IMG/VR virus record: IMGVR_UViG_3300037566_000134
Coordinates: 1 to 27,465 of that record
Source of the DNA: a virus
Taxonomy: Duplodnaviria; Caudoviricetes
Length of the DNA stretch: 27,465 bases
Reading direction: 5' to 3' (one strand)
Positions 17,485-25,105 of the stretch are shown piece after piece (the stretch's first letter is position 1; every line of letters begins with the position of its first letter). Under the pieces are notes generated by a model. That model saw nothing but the letters and a program-made list of their open reading frames with translations. It was not told where the DNA came from and made no database searches. Both the position numbers and the translations under genes were made by a program.

Positions 17485-17817
17485 TTACTCCCCGGGGTTT
17501 TCGTGCTTGGCTTTGGCTTCCAGCAGGGCCTCGATGACCTTCTCCTTGGAGTTGCCCTTGATGCCGTGTGGATCGGCAATCTCGCGCAGGCCAGCCATAC
17601 CGGATTCGGTGGCAACCGCCTGCAGGGATTCCTCGGTGAAGTCAAAGGTAGGCTCGACCGGCTTGGGCTCCGCTGCCTTCTTCTTCGCGCCGGGCATGAA
17701 CGACTCCACGCACTCACGCTTGATCTGCAGCCGTGCAGAGATCTCGCCCGCATCCAGGCCAGCATGGGCCAGCTCGGCGATGCGGTTCCGGTCTTTGAAA
17801 TTCGCGCCATGTTTCAT
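17485..17817 (-). CDS. Small two-domain nucleic-acid-binding-like protein (110 aa): HTH-like N-terminus, HeH/Rho_N-like C-terminus
   Basis: RIAELAHAGLDAGEISARLQIKRECVE (HTH pattern), K/A/P-rich linker, LREIADPHGIKGNSKEKVIEALL. SD AGGAG. Confidence 0.68.
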   Translation of the reverse strand: MKHGANFKDRNRIAELAHAGLDAGEISARLQIKRECVESFMPGAKKKAAEPKPVEPTFDFTEESLQAVATESGMAGLREIADPHGIKGNSKEKVIEALLEAKAKHENPGE

Positions 17818-17831
17818 GGTCGGTTCTCCTG

Positions 17832-17870
17832 AAAAAGCCCCGCCATCACTGGTTAGAGATCAGGCGGGGT
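17832..17870 (-). terminator. Intrinsic terminator-like hairpin after the major capsid gene
   Basis: Minus strand CCCCGCC-(tgATC tctaaccagt GAT)-GGCGGGG-C-TTTTT, about 10 nt after the capsid stop. The large loop and short U tract suggest partial termination, analogous in position to T7 Tphi. Confidence 0.75.
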
Positions 17871-17879
17871 GGGTCAACC

Positions 17880-18740
17880 TCAAATGGTCTCGGACAGGTG
17901 GATGCGGACCAGCTGCTCGTCCTCGACGCGGATAGCGCCCCACTCGCCAGAGGTGTAGATGCGCCATGCAAAGCTGATGCTCGGGTCAGGCGCCACGTCC
18001 ACGGTGATGTCGCGGTTCATCTGCAGGCCCAGGGCGCGGTGAGTCATGGCGAAGCAGTCGACCTCGCCAGCAGAGGGCGCCAGCAGGCGGGTGGACACGA
18101 TCCAGGTGAAGCCCATCCAGTTGTCGACGTAACCCCTCATCAGCGCATCGCGCGTGCTGTAATCGCGGCTGGTGGCCTCGGTCAGCTGCAGGAGCTTCCG
18201 CTGCTGTGCAGGGGAAATCACCATCACTTTTGGCTCGTCCGGGTCGATGTCGTTGAGCAGGAACTTCTCCGACACCTCGGTCACGATGTCGAAGGTGATG
18301 GCGGAAGAACCGTCACCGACCGTCTGGCCAGCGAGGAACGACACGACGTTACCGGCGCCGTCGCGGGAGTCGCCGGTAGCAGCTGCGATGATCTCGTCAT
18401 CCTGGGCGCGCTTCATGGCCATACCGTGGGCCATCGAATAGTTGGACTTCGGGTCCGCCAGGGCGCGGGTCAGGTCTTTCTTCTCGACCACATCACCGAT
18501 GTCATACTCGACCGGGATGGACTTCCGGCGGCTGGCGGCAGTCTCGTTGTCCGGGGTCGGAGTCTTGCGGGTGGTTTTCTTCTGGCCATCGTTGGCGGCC
18601 ATGCGGTCGAAGTTGTGCGCTTCGCCACCGTCGCTGACTTCCTGGACGAAGCGGCGGAGGCGGGAGTTAGATTGCTGGGCGAGATGCCGGACACGGCTCT
18701 CGAACTTCTCGACGTAGATATTTTCAAAGGCGGCTGACAT
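17880..18740 (-). CDS. Major capsid protein (286 aa)
   Basis: YVEKFESRVRHLAQQSNSRLR, AMKRAQDDEII.A, WMGFTWIVSTRL, GAIRVEDEQLV. Follows the scaffold gene; SD TAAGGAG; has its own promoter and terminator. Confidence 0.9.
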   Translation of the reverse strand: MSAAFENIYVEKFESRVRHLAQQSNSRLRRFVQEVSDGGEAHNFDRMAANDGQKKTTRKTPTPDNETAASRRKSIPVEYDIGDVVEKKDLTRALADPKSNYSMAHGMAMKRAQDDEIIAAATGDSRDGAGNVVSFLAGQTVGDGSSAITFDIVTEVSEKFLLNDIDPDEPKVMVISPAQQRKLLQLTEATSRDYSTRDALMRGYVDNWMGFTWIVSTRLLAPSAGEVDCFAMTHRALGLQMNRDITVDVAPDPSISFAWRIYTSGEWGAIRVEDEQLVRIHLSETI

Positions 18741-18782
18741 GGCCGAATCTCCTTACACGAAATTGAAAGTTCCATTCCGTCT

Positions 18783-18881
18783 AAGGCGACCCGGCAACCG
18801 GACCTTCTGACTTGTCAGTTTCACGCCATGACCAGGGCGGTTTGTGGTATTGCTGGGGACCGTTACCGGCGATCCAACCAC
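18783..18881 (-). ncRNA. Candidate structured cis-regulatory leader RNA of the capsid mRNA
   Basis: Two hairpins share the module GGRUCGCC/GGUCC (3-nt UCG bulge): GGA-UCG-CCG-GUAA-CGG-UCC within an outer GUGGU/ACCAC stem, and AAGG-UCCGG-UUG-CCGGG-UCG-CCUU. Confidence 0.5.
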
Positions 18882-18893
18882 TTGTGACCTCAA

Positions 18894-18935
18894 ATTCTAG
18901 AACCCGCGCAAGCAGGGTCAAGAATTTTATGCTGG
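18894..18935 (-). promoter_or_regulatory. Sigma70-like promoter for the capsid gene with upstream CCAGCATAAAA box
   Basis: TTGACC (18921-18916), 16 nt, TAGAAT (18899-18894); box at 18935-18925. Confidence 0.72.
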
Positions 18936-18936
18936 G

Positions 18937-19881
18937 TCAGCCGACGTAGCGCATCAGCTCCGGCGGCGGCTTCCGGCCGCGGGCCATGTGCTCGTAGGCT
19001 TCCTGCTTCTTGTCCAGGATCGCCATTTCTTCCGAGCTGGGCGGATTGTCGCGGTCGAACATGCGGTTCACGATCTCGGCCACGCGCGCCTTCGCTTCCT
19101 CGGGCGCGACCATTACAGGGTCATGCCCGCTTTGCTGCTGGTGGAACTGGCCGTCCTCGTTGCTCACGGCGTCAGCCAGGGAGTGCAGCCAGCGCACCTG
19201 TTCCGCCGGCAGGTTCCCGGCCTCCAGAGCCTCCAGGACATACTGCGGGGTGGCGCTGTTGGTCTTGAGGAACGCCCCGATCTGCTCCACGCGCTCGTCG
19301 TAGGCGGCGCCCCACTCACCCTTGAGGGCCGCGATGGCCTCCTGGTGCTGGGTAGCGGCCTGCTCCCGGGCACTGGTGTCCGCCTCGTTCCAGTTGGCCA
19401 GGTAGTCGGCGAACTGCTTCTGCGTCATGTTCGCCTTGTGGGCAATGGCCTTGAGCTGGCCCAGCTGCTCGCCGTCCATCTCCACGCCATCCGGGGCCTT
19501 GTAGTCCTCGGCCTTGTCCGGGCGGCCCAGCTTGGCGAAGGTCTGGTTCAGGCTGTCGGGATCTTCCAGGTTCGGCGTCGGCATCAGGCCTGGCACCTTC
19601 TCCATCAGGCGCTCGTTGAACTTGCGCAGATCCTCCTCGCCAGCGTCAGGCCCGGGGATGCGCAGGGAGTTGCCCATATACTGGGCCGCGTCGTTCAGGT
19701 CGGCCACCACCTGGGAGAGCGGCTTCGCCTTGCCGTCCTCGCCCGGCTTGATGAACGAGGCGGAGCGCAACTCCTCGGGAATAGACTCCAGCCAGTTGTC
19801 GCCACCACCGGCGCCACCGCCCTGGCCACCCTGGCCACCCTGGCCGCCCTGGCCGCCGCTATTGTTCGGATCGTCAGCCAT
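18937..19881 (-). CDS. Capsid scaffolding/assembly protein (314 aa)
   Basis: Directly upstream of the capsid gene. Low-complexity N-terminus, WLESIPEELR, KLGRPDKAEDY, LKGEWGAAYDERV. Confidence 0.82.
   Translation of the reverse strand: MADDPNNSGGQGGQGGQGGQGGGAGGGDNWLESIPEELRSASFIKPGEDGKAKPLSQVVADLNDAAQYMGNSLRIPGPDAGEEDLRKFNERLMEKVPGLMPTPNLEDPDSLNQTFAKLGRPDKAEDYKAPDGVEMDGEQLGQLKAIAHKANMTQKQFADYLANWNEADTSAREQAATQHQEAIAALKGEWGAAYDERVEQIGAFLKTNSATPQYVLEALEAGNLPAEQVRWLHSLADAVSNEDGQFHQQQSGHDPVMVAPEEAKARVAEIVNRMFDRDNPPSSEEMAILDKKQEAYEHMARGRKPPPELMRYVG
19820..19855. repeat. 4 x 9-bp tandem repeat ccctggcc(a/g) encoding (GGQ)4 in the scaffold N-terminus
   Basis: ccctggcca ccctggcca ccctggccg ccctggccg read directly. 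Confidence 0.9.
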
Positions 19882-20098
19882 GCTTCGCTGCCTCCTTCAT
19901 GGTTTTCAGGTACTCGACCAGCTCGTGCTGGCCGACGTTGTAGGCCATCGCGTTCGGGTTCTCGTCATACAGCCGACCGCGCTGGAAGGTCTCCTCCAGC
20001 ACCTCGAGGAAGGCCTGCCCGGTCTCGTTGTCCAGGGCGCGGGAGATCACCTCGGCCTTCTGCTTGAGCTTGTCGCGCCAGTCCTGCTTTTCAGCCAT
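19874..20098 (-). CDS. Bbp19-like small protein between portal and scaffold (74 aa)
   Basis: GQAFLEVLEETF..AMAYNVGQHELVEYL; conserved synteny; 8-nt overlaps on both sides. Confidence 0.78.
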   Translation of the reverse strand: MAEKQDWRDKLKQKAEVISRALDNETGQAFLEVLEETFQRGRLYDENPNAMAYNVGQHELVEYLKTMKEAAKHG

Positions 20099-21743
20099 TC
20101 ATTGCCTCCTGGCCACGGCCTGCTGCTTCCTGAGCCCGGCCCTGCTGCTCTGCCAGGGCGGCCGCTTCCATCTCGCGGCGCAGCTCCTGGCGGCTGGTGC
20201 GGTCGGACTTCACGTCCTTCTCGTCGCGGATCACCTCGGCGGGCACACTCATGCGGCGGCCCATGCGGCGCACGGCCTTGTCCACGTCGATGTTGTCCAT
20301 GGGGTTCTGGTCGCTGCCACCATCCGCCACCAGCTGCGCCAGCTGCGCACCGAAGGACACGAACCGCTCGATGACGCCGGCCTCCTCCATGCGCTGGGCG
20401 CGGGCCATGGGGCCCAGGTATTCCACGTCGAAGGTCGCGGCCATCTCCATCACCTTGGCGGGCGGGTCCGGCAGCTGGCGCTCGCGGGCCAGCATGCGGA
20501 AGGCCCGGCCGATGATCGGGTTCAGCAGATCGTTCTGGATGCGGCCCAGGGTCGGGCCCAGCATCTGCAGCACCTCCTCCTGCATGCGCGCCACCTCGTA
20601 GGCGGTGCGCTCCTTGCTGTCCAGCAGCAGGTTCTGCAGGCCTGGCACATAGAAATGGCGGTCGATCGCGTTCTGCAGGCGCTCCATGCGCGCGAAGGTG
20701 TCGCGGGTGGAGTTGCTGGGATACAGCTCCTTGATGCCCTCAATGCTGCGCACCACGGAGATCCCACCGGCCCTGATGTCCAGGTCGGCGAACAGGGCGC
20801 GCTCCTCGGCCAGCAGGGGCGGGTCGACTTCCTTCTCGCCACGCACCAGATCCTGCTTTACCAACTGGTTCAGGGTCTTGATGTCGCCCATGGCCAGCAT
20901 GCCCGGAGAGTTGCCCCAGGCAGACTCGCTGGTCTTGCGCCAGCGCGGGATATACGCGGGCATCTCGTAGTAGCCGCCCGGCTTGCCCAGCATGGCCTTG
21001 TCGTCGTGCAGCAGGTAGCAGTATTCCCACGGCCGGCGGGAGGGGGAAACCTTCTCGCCAATCGGGATGATGCGATTGTTCCGCGGGTAGATGCAGAAGA
21101 TCACGCGCTGCTTCTCGGTGCGCCCGGCCTCCTCCAGCTTCTTGATCCGATCCGGCACATTGTTACCGAACTTGCTGATGATCTGCGCCGGGGTCCACAT
21201 CAGCTCGCGGTAGAACCGCTGCACACGGCCTAGGAAATCCTCCTCAAAGAACACCTCCTTCAACGGCACCGCGGAGAACAGCAGGCCGTTCCACTGCCCG
21301 GTGGGCCCGGGGAACTCCTCCATGGTGATGCAGGCGGTGCCGAAGCCAGCGAGATCCTGATAGGTCTCGTTGATCTCCAGGTCCAAGTTGCTGTCGCGCA
21401 GGGCGTTGTAGGTCAGGTCCGAACACTGGCTGAGCCATTCCGCGGACACGCGGTCCTCGTTCAGCTTGTCCTCGCGGAACTTCATGTCGAACCAGCGCAC
21501 AGAGGGGCTGGTGACCGCGCCGTGGATCTTGGCGGCAAGCAGCTGGTGCGCATGCACTGCAGTGGAGTCGAAGTCGTTGCCGAAGCGGGTCCACTCGATG
21601 CTGGTCTCGCCGGTGGTATCCCGCTGGAACTTGCCCCGGTAGGGCGTGACGTACCGCTCCAGGTCATCCCACTGGGATTCAACTGTGTGGCGGTCGCTTT
21701 TTATCTGGTCGAATCGCTGGACCAGATCTGTCTCGATAGTCAT
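20091..21743 (-). CDS. Portal / head-to-tail connector (T7 gp8 / Bbp21 type, 550 aa)
   Basis: FDSTAVHA...LAAKI...VTSPSVRWF, DLAGFGTA, PRW....SAWGNSPG..AMGDIKTLN, RTAYEV...QEE....LGP.LGR. Confidence 0.95.
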   Translation of the reverse strand: MTIETDLVQRFDQIKSDRHTVESQWDDLERYVTPYRGKFQRDTTGETSIEWTRFGNDFDSTAVHAHQLLAAKIHGAVTSPSVRWFDMKFREDKLNEDRVSAEWLSQCSDLTYNALRDSNLDLEINETYQDLAGFGTACITMEEFPGPTGQWNGLLFSAVPLKEVFFEEDFLGRVQRFYRELMWTPAQIISKFGNNVPDRIKKLEEAGRTEKQRVIFCIYPRNNRIIPIGEKVSPSRRPWEYCYLLHDDKAMLGKPGGYYEMPAYIPRWRKTSESAWGNSPGMLAMGDIKTLNQLVKQDLVRGEKEVDPPLLAEERALFADLDIRAGGISVVRSIEGIKELYPSNSTRDTFARMERLQNAIDRHFYVPGLQNLLLDSKERTAYEVARMQEEVLQMLGPTLGRIQNDLLNPIIGRAFRMLARERQLPDPPAKVMEMAATFDVEYLGPMARAQRMEEAGVIERFVSFGAQLAQLVADGGSDQNPMDNIDVDKAVRRMGRRMSVPAEVIRDEKDVKSDRTSRQELRREMEAAALAEQQGRAQEAAGRGQEAMNG

Positions 21744-21774
21744 AAACTGCGCGTCTCCCGACGTGGCAGGTCTA

Positions 21775-21817
21775 TTGATACCGGGTTACTGCACGAGAGT
21801 GAACATTTTTATGCTGG
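21775..21817 (-). promoter_or_regulatory. Weak sigma70-like promoter upstream of portal with the same CCAGCATAAAA box
   Basis: Box at 21817-21807, 3 nt, TTCACT (21803-21798), 17 nt, TATCAA (21780-21775), in an 81-bp intergenic gap. Confidence 0.5.
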
Positions 21818-21824
21818 ATTGCCG

Positions 21825-23330
21825 TCAGAAATGCCGCTTCACGTTCACCGGCGGGCTGAAATTGCCGGAGGACACCACAACTGGGGTGCGTTCTGCCGCC
21901 ATGATGACAGCATCCGCGTAGTCGGTGGACCGGCCCAGGCGACTGATGATGTCGTCCTTGTCCTCGATCTTCACGCCGTTGGCCCGCATCTTGTAGCGCG
22001 GGGCGCACAGCTCGGCCTTGAGGCGCTGATTGCGCGGCAGCGCGACGTTGCGGCCGTTCGCCGGGTTCAGCAGGTCGCGGAACTGCCACCAGAGCCTGGC
22101 GCGCTCGTTCACGAATTTCAGGGTCCCGGACCAGTCGGTCTGCTTGTTGGTGTGCAGGGCCACGTTCACCGGAATGCACCGGTTCTCGATGTAGGCCACC
22201 AGGTGGTCGACGGCGCTGGCACCAATGCCGATCACGTCGACGTGCACCGGGCAGCGCGACTCGCCGACCAGCTCCACCACCTTAGCGCACACGTCTCCGC
22301 CTGACTTCATTACATGGCCCGGGAATACCTGCAGCTCGTGGTAGTGCCAGTCCTCGCGCATGGCGATCACGGTGTCGTCCCGGCCGCCACGCGAGGGGTC
22401 CACGCCGGTGCTGGTGATGCGCTGGGGCACAAACTCGCGCTCCTCCCAGCGGCGCATGGCCAGCTCCACCCACTCCGAGGGGCACACCTGCCACTCGTCA
22501 TCATCCTGGCCGGCGGTGAAGTCGCCATAGAGCATCTGGCTGCGCAGTGGCTCGGGCATCGCCTGCAGGGTGGCGACGTAGCCGGTGTCGCGCAGGTAGG
22601 CGTTGTCAGTGACCCGGGCCGGGATGAAGGTGCGGGACTGCGGGATGATGCGCTCGCCGTTGTGGTCGAATGGCTCGGGGCCGTCGACAATGACCTCCTT
22701 GCCGTCCAGCGCCGCATACCACAGCAGCTCGCCCGGGGGATACGGATACAGCGGGTGGTGCTTGTCCAGCCAGGGCGCGAACCACTCGATCAGCCAGGCG
22801 CCCTCGGCACTGGTGGGCGGGTTGGAGCACAGCAGGGTGCGGCACCGCTGATTAGGGACCGTGGAGCGCACCCAGCCCTTGAGGAAGTGCACCTGACCCT
22901 CGAGCATGTTGGCTGCCTCGTCCACCACCAGCAGGTCGCGGGCCCGGCCCTGATACTTTGTCTCGTCGCCAGGGTGCGGAGTGGAGCCCAGCACGATCTT
23001 GCGCTGCACGCCGTCCCAGGGGCGCAGGCGGAATATCTTGTCCTGCCCATTGAAGCCATCCCGACCACCGTTGACCATGGCAATCTCGTCCACCACGGCG
23101 CCCAGCTGGGTGGCCTCCCGGCGGATGAACAGGGTTTCCCGGTGCTCGCAGAACGCCAGCCCCACGGCCAGCGCGGTCTTGCCACCGCCGGCAGCGCCAC
23201 CGTACAGCACCAGGTCGGCCTCGCTGTCGTATGCGAGAGACTGCGGGCCATCCTGGGGGAACCATGGGGTGTTTTCAGCGAACCACAGCAGCTGCTGGTC
23301 AGTGAGTGCTGCTGTCATCTTTGGCCACAT
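21825..23330 (-). CDS. terL: Terminase large subunit
   Basis: Walker A YGGAAGGGKT, Walker B LLVVDEAA, SNPP motif, nuclease GVDPSRGGRDDT and GRSTDYADA. Start is 23330 or 23318. Confidence 0.95.
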   Translation of the reverse strand: MWPKMTAALTDQQLLWFAENTPWFPQDGPQSLAYDSEADLVLYGGAAGGGKTALAVGLAFCEHRETLFIRREATQLGAVVDEIAMVNGGRDGFNGQDKIFRLRPWDGVQRKIVLGSTPHPGDETKYQGRARDLLVVDEAANMLEGQVHFLKGWVRSTVPNQRCRTLLCSNPPTSAEGAWLIEWFAPWLDKHHPLYPYPPGELLWYAALDGKEVIVDGPEPFDHNGERIIPQSRTFIPARVTDNAYLRDTGYVATLQAMPEPLRSQMLYGDFTAGQDDDEWQVCPSEWVELAMRRWEEREFVPQRITSTGVDPSRGGRDDTVIAMREDWHYHELQVFPGHVMKSGGDVCAKVVELVGESRCPVHVDVIGIGASAVDHLVAYIENRCIPVNVALHTNKQTDWSGTLKFVNERARLWWQFRDLLNPANGRNVALPRNQRLKAELCAPRYKMRANGVKIEDKDDIISRLGRSTDYADAVIMAAERTPVVVSSGNFSPPVNVKRHF

Positions 23331-23508
23331 AGATTTTCCGGTAGCGGGCCATTCTCCTCTGGTGGCGCGCCTCAGCTTCCCGGGTTATGCGATCAATTCG
23401 TCGGCGCTCCTCCAGCTCGGGATCGCGCAGTAACTCTGCTCGCCTCGCGTAGCCAAGCTGGTACAGCCGATCACAAAACCGCTTTAACGATGATTTAGTG
23501 AGTGACAC
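23299..23508 (-). CDS. Small Arg-rich hypothetical protein between terS and terL (69 aa)
   Basis: Fills the terS-terL gap, overlaps both genes, GTG start with GGGAG upstream. Confidence 0.55.
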   Translation of the reverse strand: MSLTKSSLKRFCDRLYQLGYARRAELLRDPELEERRRIDRITREAEARHQRRMARYRKIYVAKDDSSTH

Positions 23509-24076
23509 GCGACTCCCCCCGCTTCTTCCGCAGCTCGCGGATCAGCTGCTTGTCCTCGGCCGGCACCTCGGTGTGCTCAATGGTGCCGGTGTGATTGTGA
23601 TTGTGGTCATGGCGCTCAGCGAAGGCACCGACACTGATGTGCTTGCCCAGCAGCTCCAGGCGCCGGATCCGGTCGGCCAGCTTCACCTTGACGATCTCGC
23701 CCACCTGCTCGCGGTCCTCGCCCTTGCCGGCAAACACGCGCTCCACGTCGATGCCAGCCACCAGGCCCTGCCGCCAGATCTTCGGCCACTTGCGGATAGG
23801 CAGTACGTTGCCATCATCATCCACGATGTCGGCCAGGTCGGCCTCGGATTCATTGAGCAGTCGCTTGAGCAGGTAGTCGGCATCGGCCTCGACTCGCTCG
23901 ATGCGCTCCTTGTTCAGCTCGGCGATACGCGCCTGAATGTTAGGTTTTGCTAGGTTCTCGCAGCCACTGGCGCGAGCCTGCTTGTACCCTGCCCGACGTG
24001 CCGCCTCGGTCGCATTGAACTCGCAGGCCAGGTACTCCCGGCAGAACATCTCCTGCTTGTCGGTGAGGTCGCTCAC
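23495..24076 (-). CDS. terS: Terminase small subunit (Terminase_2-type)
   Basis: LTDKQEMFCREYL..FNATEAARRAGY..ENLAKPNIQARI..KVKLADRIRRLELLGKH; GTGA overlap at the start. Confidence 0.93.
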   Translation of the reverse strand: MSDLTDKQEMFCREYLACEFNATEAARRAGYKQARASGCENLAKPNIQARIAELNKERIERVEADADYLLKRLLNESEADLADIVDDDGNVLPIRKWPKIWRQGLVAGIDVERVFAGKGEDREQVGEIVKVKLADRIRRLELLGKHISVGAFAERHDHNHNHTGTIEHTEVPAEDKQLIRELRKKRGESRVTH

Positions 24077-24519
24077 AGCATGCGCCTCGTTTTCACCTGG
24101 CCCAGCCGCTGCTCCCGGGGCACCTCGCGCTTCGGTGCGCTCAGGCCTGGGATATTCTCCGGCAGGGGTATCTCGATCACATAGGGCTCCTTGCGCTGCA
24201 GCCAGTCCATGGGCTGGGGGCCGAAGCCGAACTCGTGGGGCATGAAGTCAGCCTGATGCTGGCGGTTTGCCAGTCGCATGGCGTCCGGGATCTCCAGGCG
24301 GGCCAGATCACCCTCCAGGGTCACCGTGGCCACCAGACTGCCGTGGCGGATGGCGCGCACCTGGCGCTCGTCAATGCAGGCCCAGTCGTCGTCAGCATCA
24401 CCGTTGAACACTTCGGCCATGGTACCCATGCCCAGGGTCTCCCGGCAGAGTGTGTTCAGGGCGGCCGCAGCCTTGCGCCTGGCGATCAGGACTGGAGTTG
24501 CTGGAGTGTGCGCACGCAC
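24073..24519 (-). CDS. Hypothetical protein (up to 148 aa)
   Basis: Stop coupled to the terS start; GAGGA upstream of GTG 24519; start uncertain. Confidence 0.6.
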   Translation of the reverse strand: MRAHTPATPVLIARRKAAAALNTLCRETLGMGTMAEVFNGDADDDWACIDERQVRAIRHGSLVATVTLEGDLARLEIPDAMRLANRQHQADFMPHEFGFGPQPMDWLQRKEPYVIEIPLPENIPGLSAPKREVPREQRLGQVKTRRML

Positions 24520-24731
24520 CGGCGGTAATCCTCTTTCCGATCCTTGAGTTTGTAGGTGCAGCCGATAGCCTTGCTGGGCTCGGGGCCGATGGCCTCGATT
24601 GCCTTGCGGATGGTATCAGGCCTGGCCACCTCGACACCGAGGCCGCGGGCTATCTCCGCTGCCGTTGGTTCACGGCCGTGCTTCCTGCGAAAATGACTCT
24701 GGTATCCATGCAGTCTCTCAATGTACGCCAC
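24486..24731 (-). CDS. Small HTH protein with sigma-70 region-3-like motif (81 aa)
   Basis: FRRKHGREPTAAEIARGLGV matches the GRePTxxEIAxxLG signature; strong SD GGAGGT before GTG. Confidence 0.7.
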   Translation of the reverse strand: MAYIERLHGYQSHFRRKHGREPTAAEIARGLGVEVARPDTIRKAIEAIGPEPSKAIGCTYKLKDRKEDYRRCVRTLQQLQS

Positions 24732-24885
24732 GGTCCACCTCCAGGTGATCCACTGTCAATAATCTTTCCCTGCACTTTGCAGGGCCATGCCAGCCACAGG
24801 ACTGGCACCACCAGGCCCGGACTACCATTCCCTCCTCGGCACTGATGCAGGCAGTCAGCTGCCCCAGGCACCAGTCACACGTCAT
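24718..24885 (-). CDS. Small zinc-ribbon protein (55 aa), not in the ORF track
   Basis: Manual translation MTCDWCLGQLTACISAEEGMVVRAWWCQSCGWHGPAKCRERLLTVDHLEVDRGVH*. CxxC-x20-CxxC; AGGGAG SD; overlaps both neighbours. Confidence 0.72.
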   Translation of the reverse strand: MTCDWCLGQLTACISAEEGMVVRAWWCQSCGWHGPAKCRERLLTVDHLEVDRGVH

Positions 24886-25105
24886 CGCGCTTCACTCCCT
24901 GAGTTGTGTTGTGCCACAGCAGGCACTCGTCGCAGCGGTAGGGGCGGCCCGGGTAGCCGGTGCTCTCCAGGAACATGCGCGCCCCCCGCTCCGTATTGAA
25001 TTTTCGTTTCTTCGAGCACATGAGAAACCCTCGCCGATGGATACGTTCGCGGAGATCTTGCTGGGCCTGGTCGACCTTGGAGAACTTCGCGTACTTGTTA
25101 CCCAT
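24875..25105 (-). CDS. Small zinc-finger-like protein (76 aa)
   Basis: MGNKYAK..CSKKRKF..PYRCDECLLWHNT; ATG 25105 overlaps the ninG stop (TGATG). It is the 3' end of the track's 24875..25717 ORF. Confidence 0.75.
   Translation of the reverse strand: MGNKYAKFSKVDQAQQDLRERIHRRGFLMCSKKRKFNTERGARMFLESTGYPGRPYRCDECLLWHNTTQGVKRDDV

Noticed and set aside
17445-17810. Alternative 121-aa minus-strand ORF overlapping the 110-aa gene
   Set aside because: R/S/P-rich off-frame composition; the SD spacing fits ATG 17817.
17818-17882. T7 10B-like readthrough or frameshift extension of the capsid into the 110-aa gene
   Set aside because: The capsid TGA is followed by a second in-frame TGA two codons on, the downstream gene's frame has a stop in the gap, and no slippery site is evident.
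24730-24765. Perfect TTGACA hexamer on the minus strand
   Set aside because: No -10 element at 16-18 nt; lies inside a coding region.
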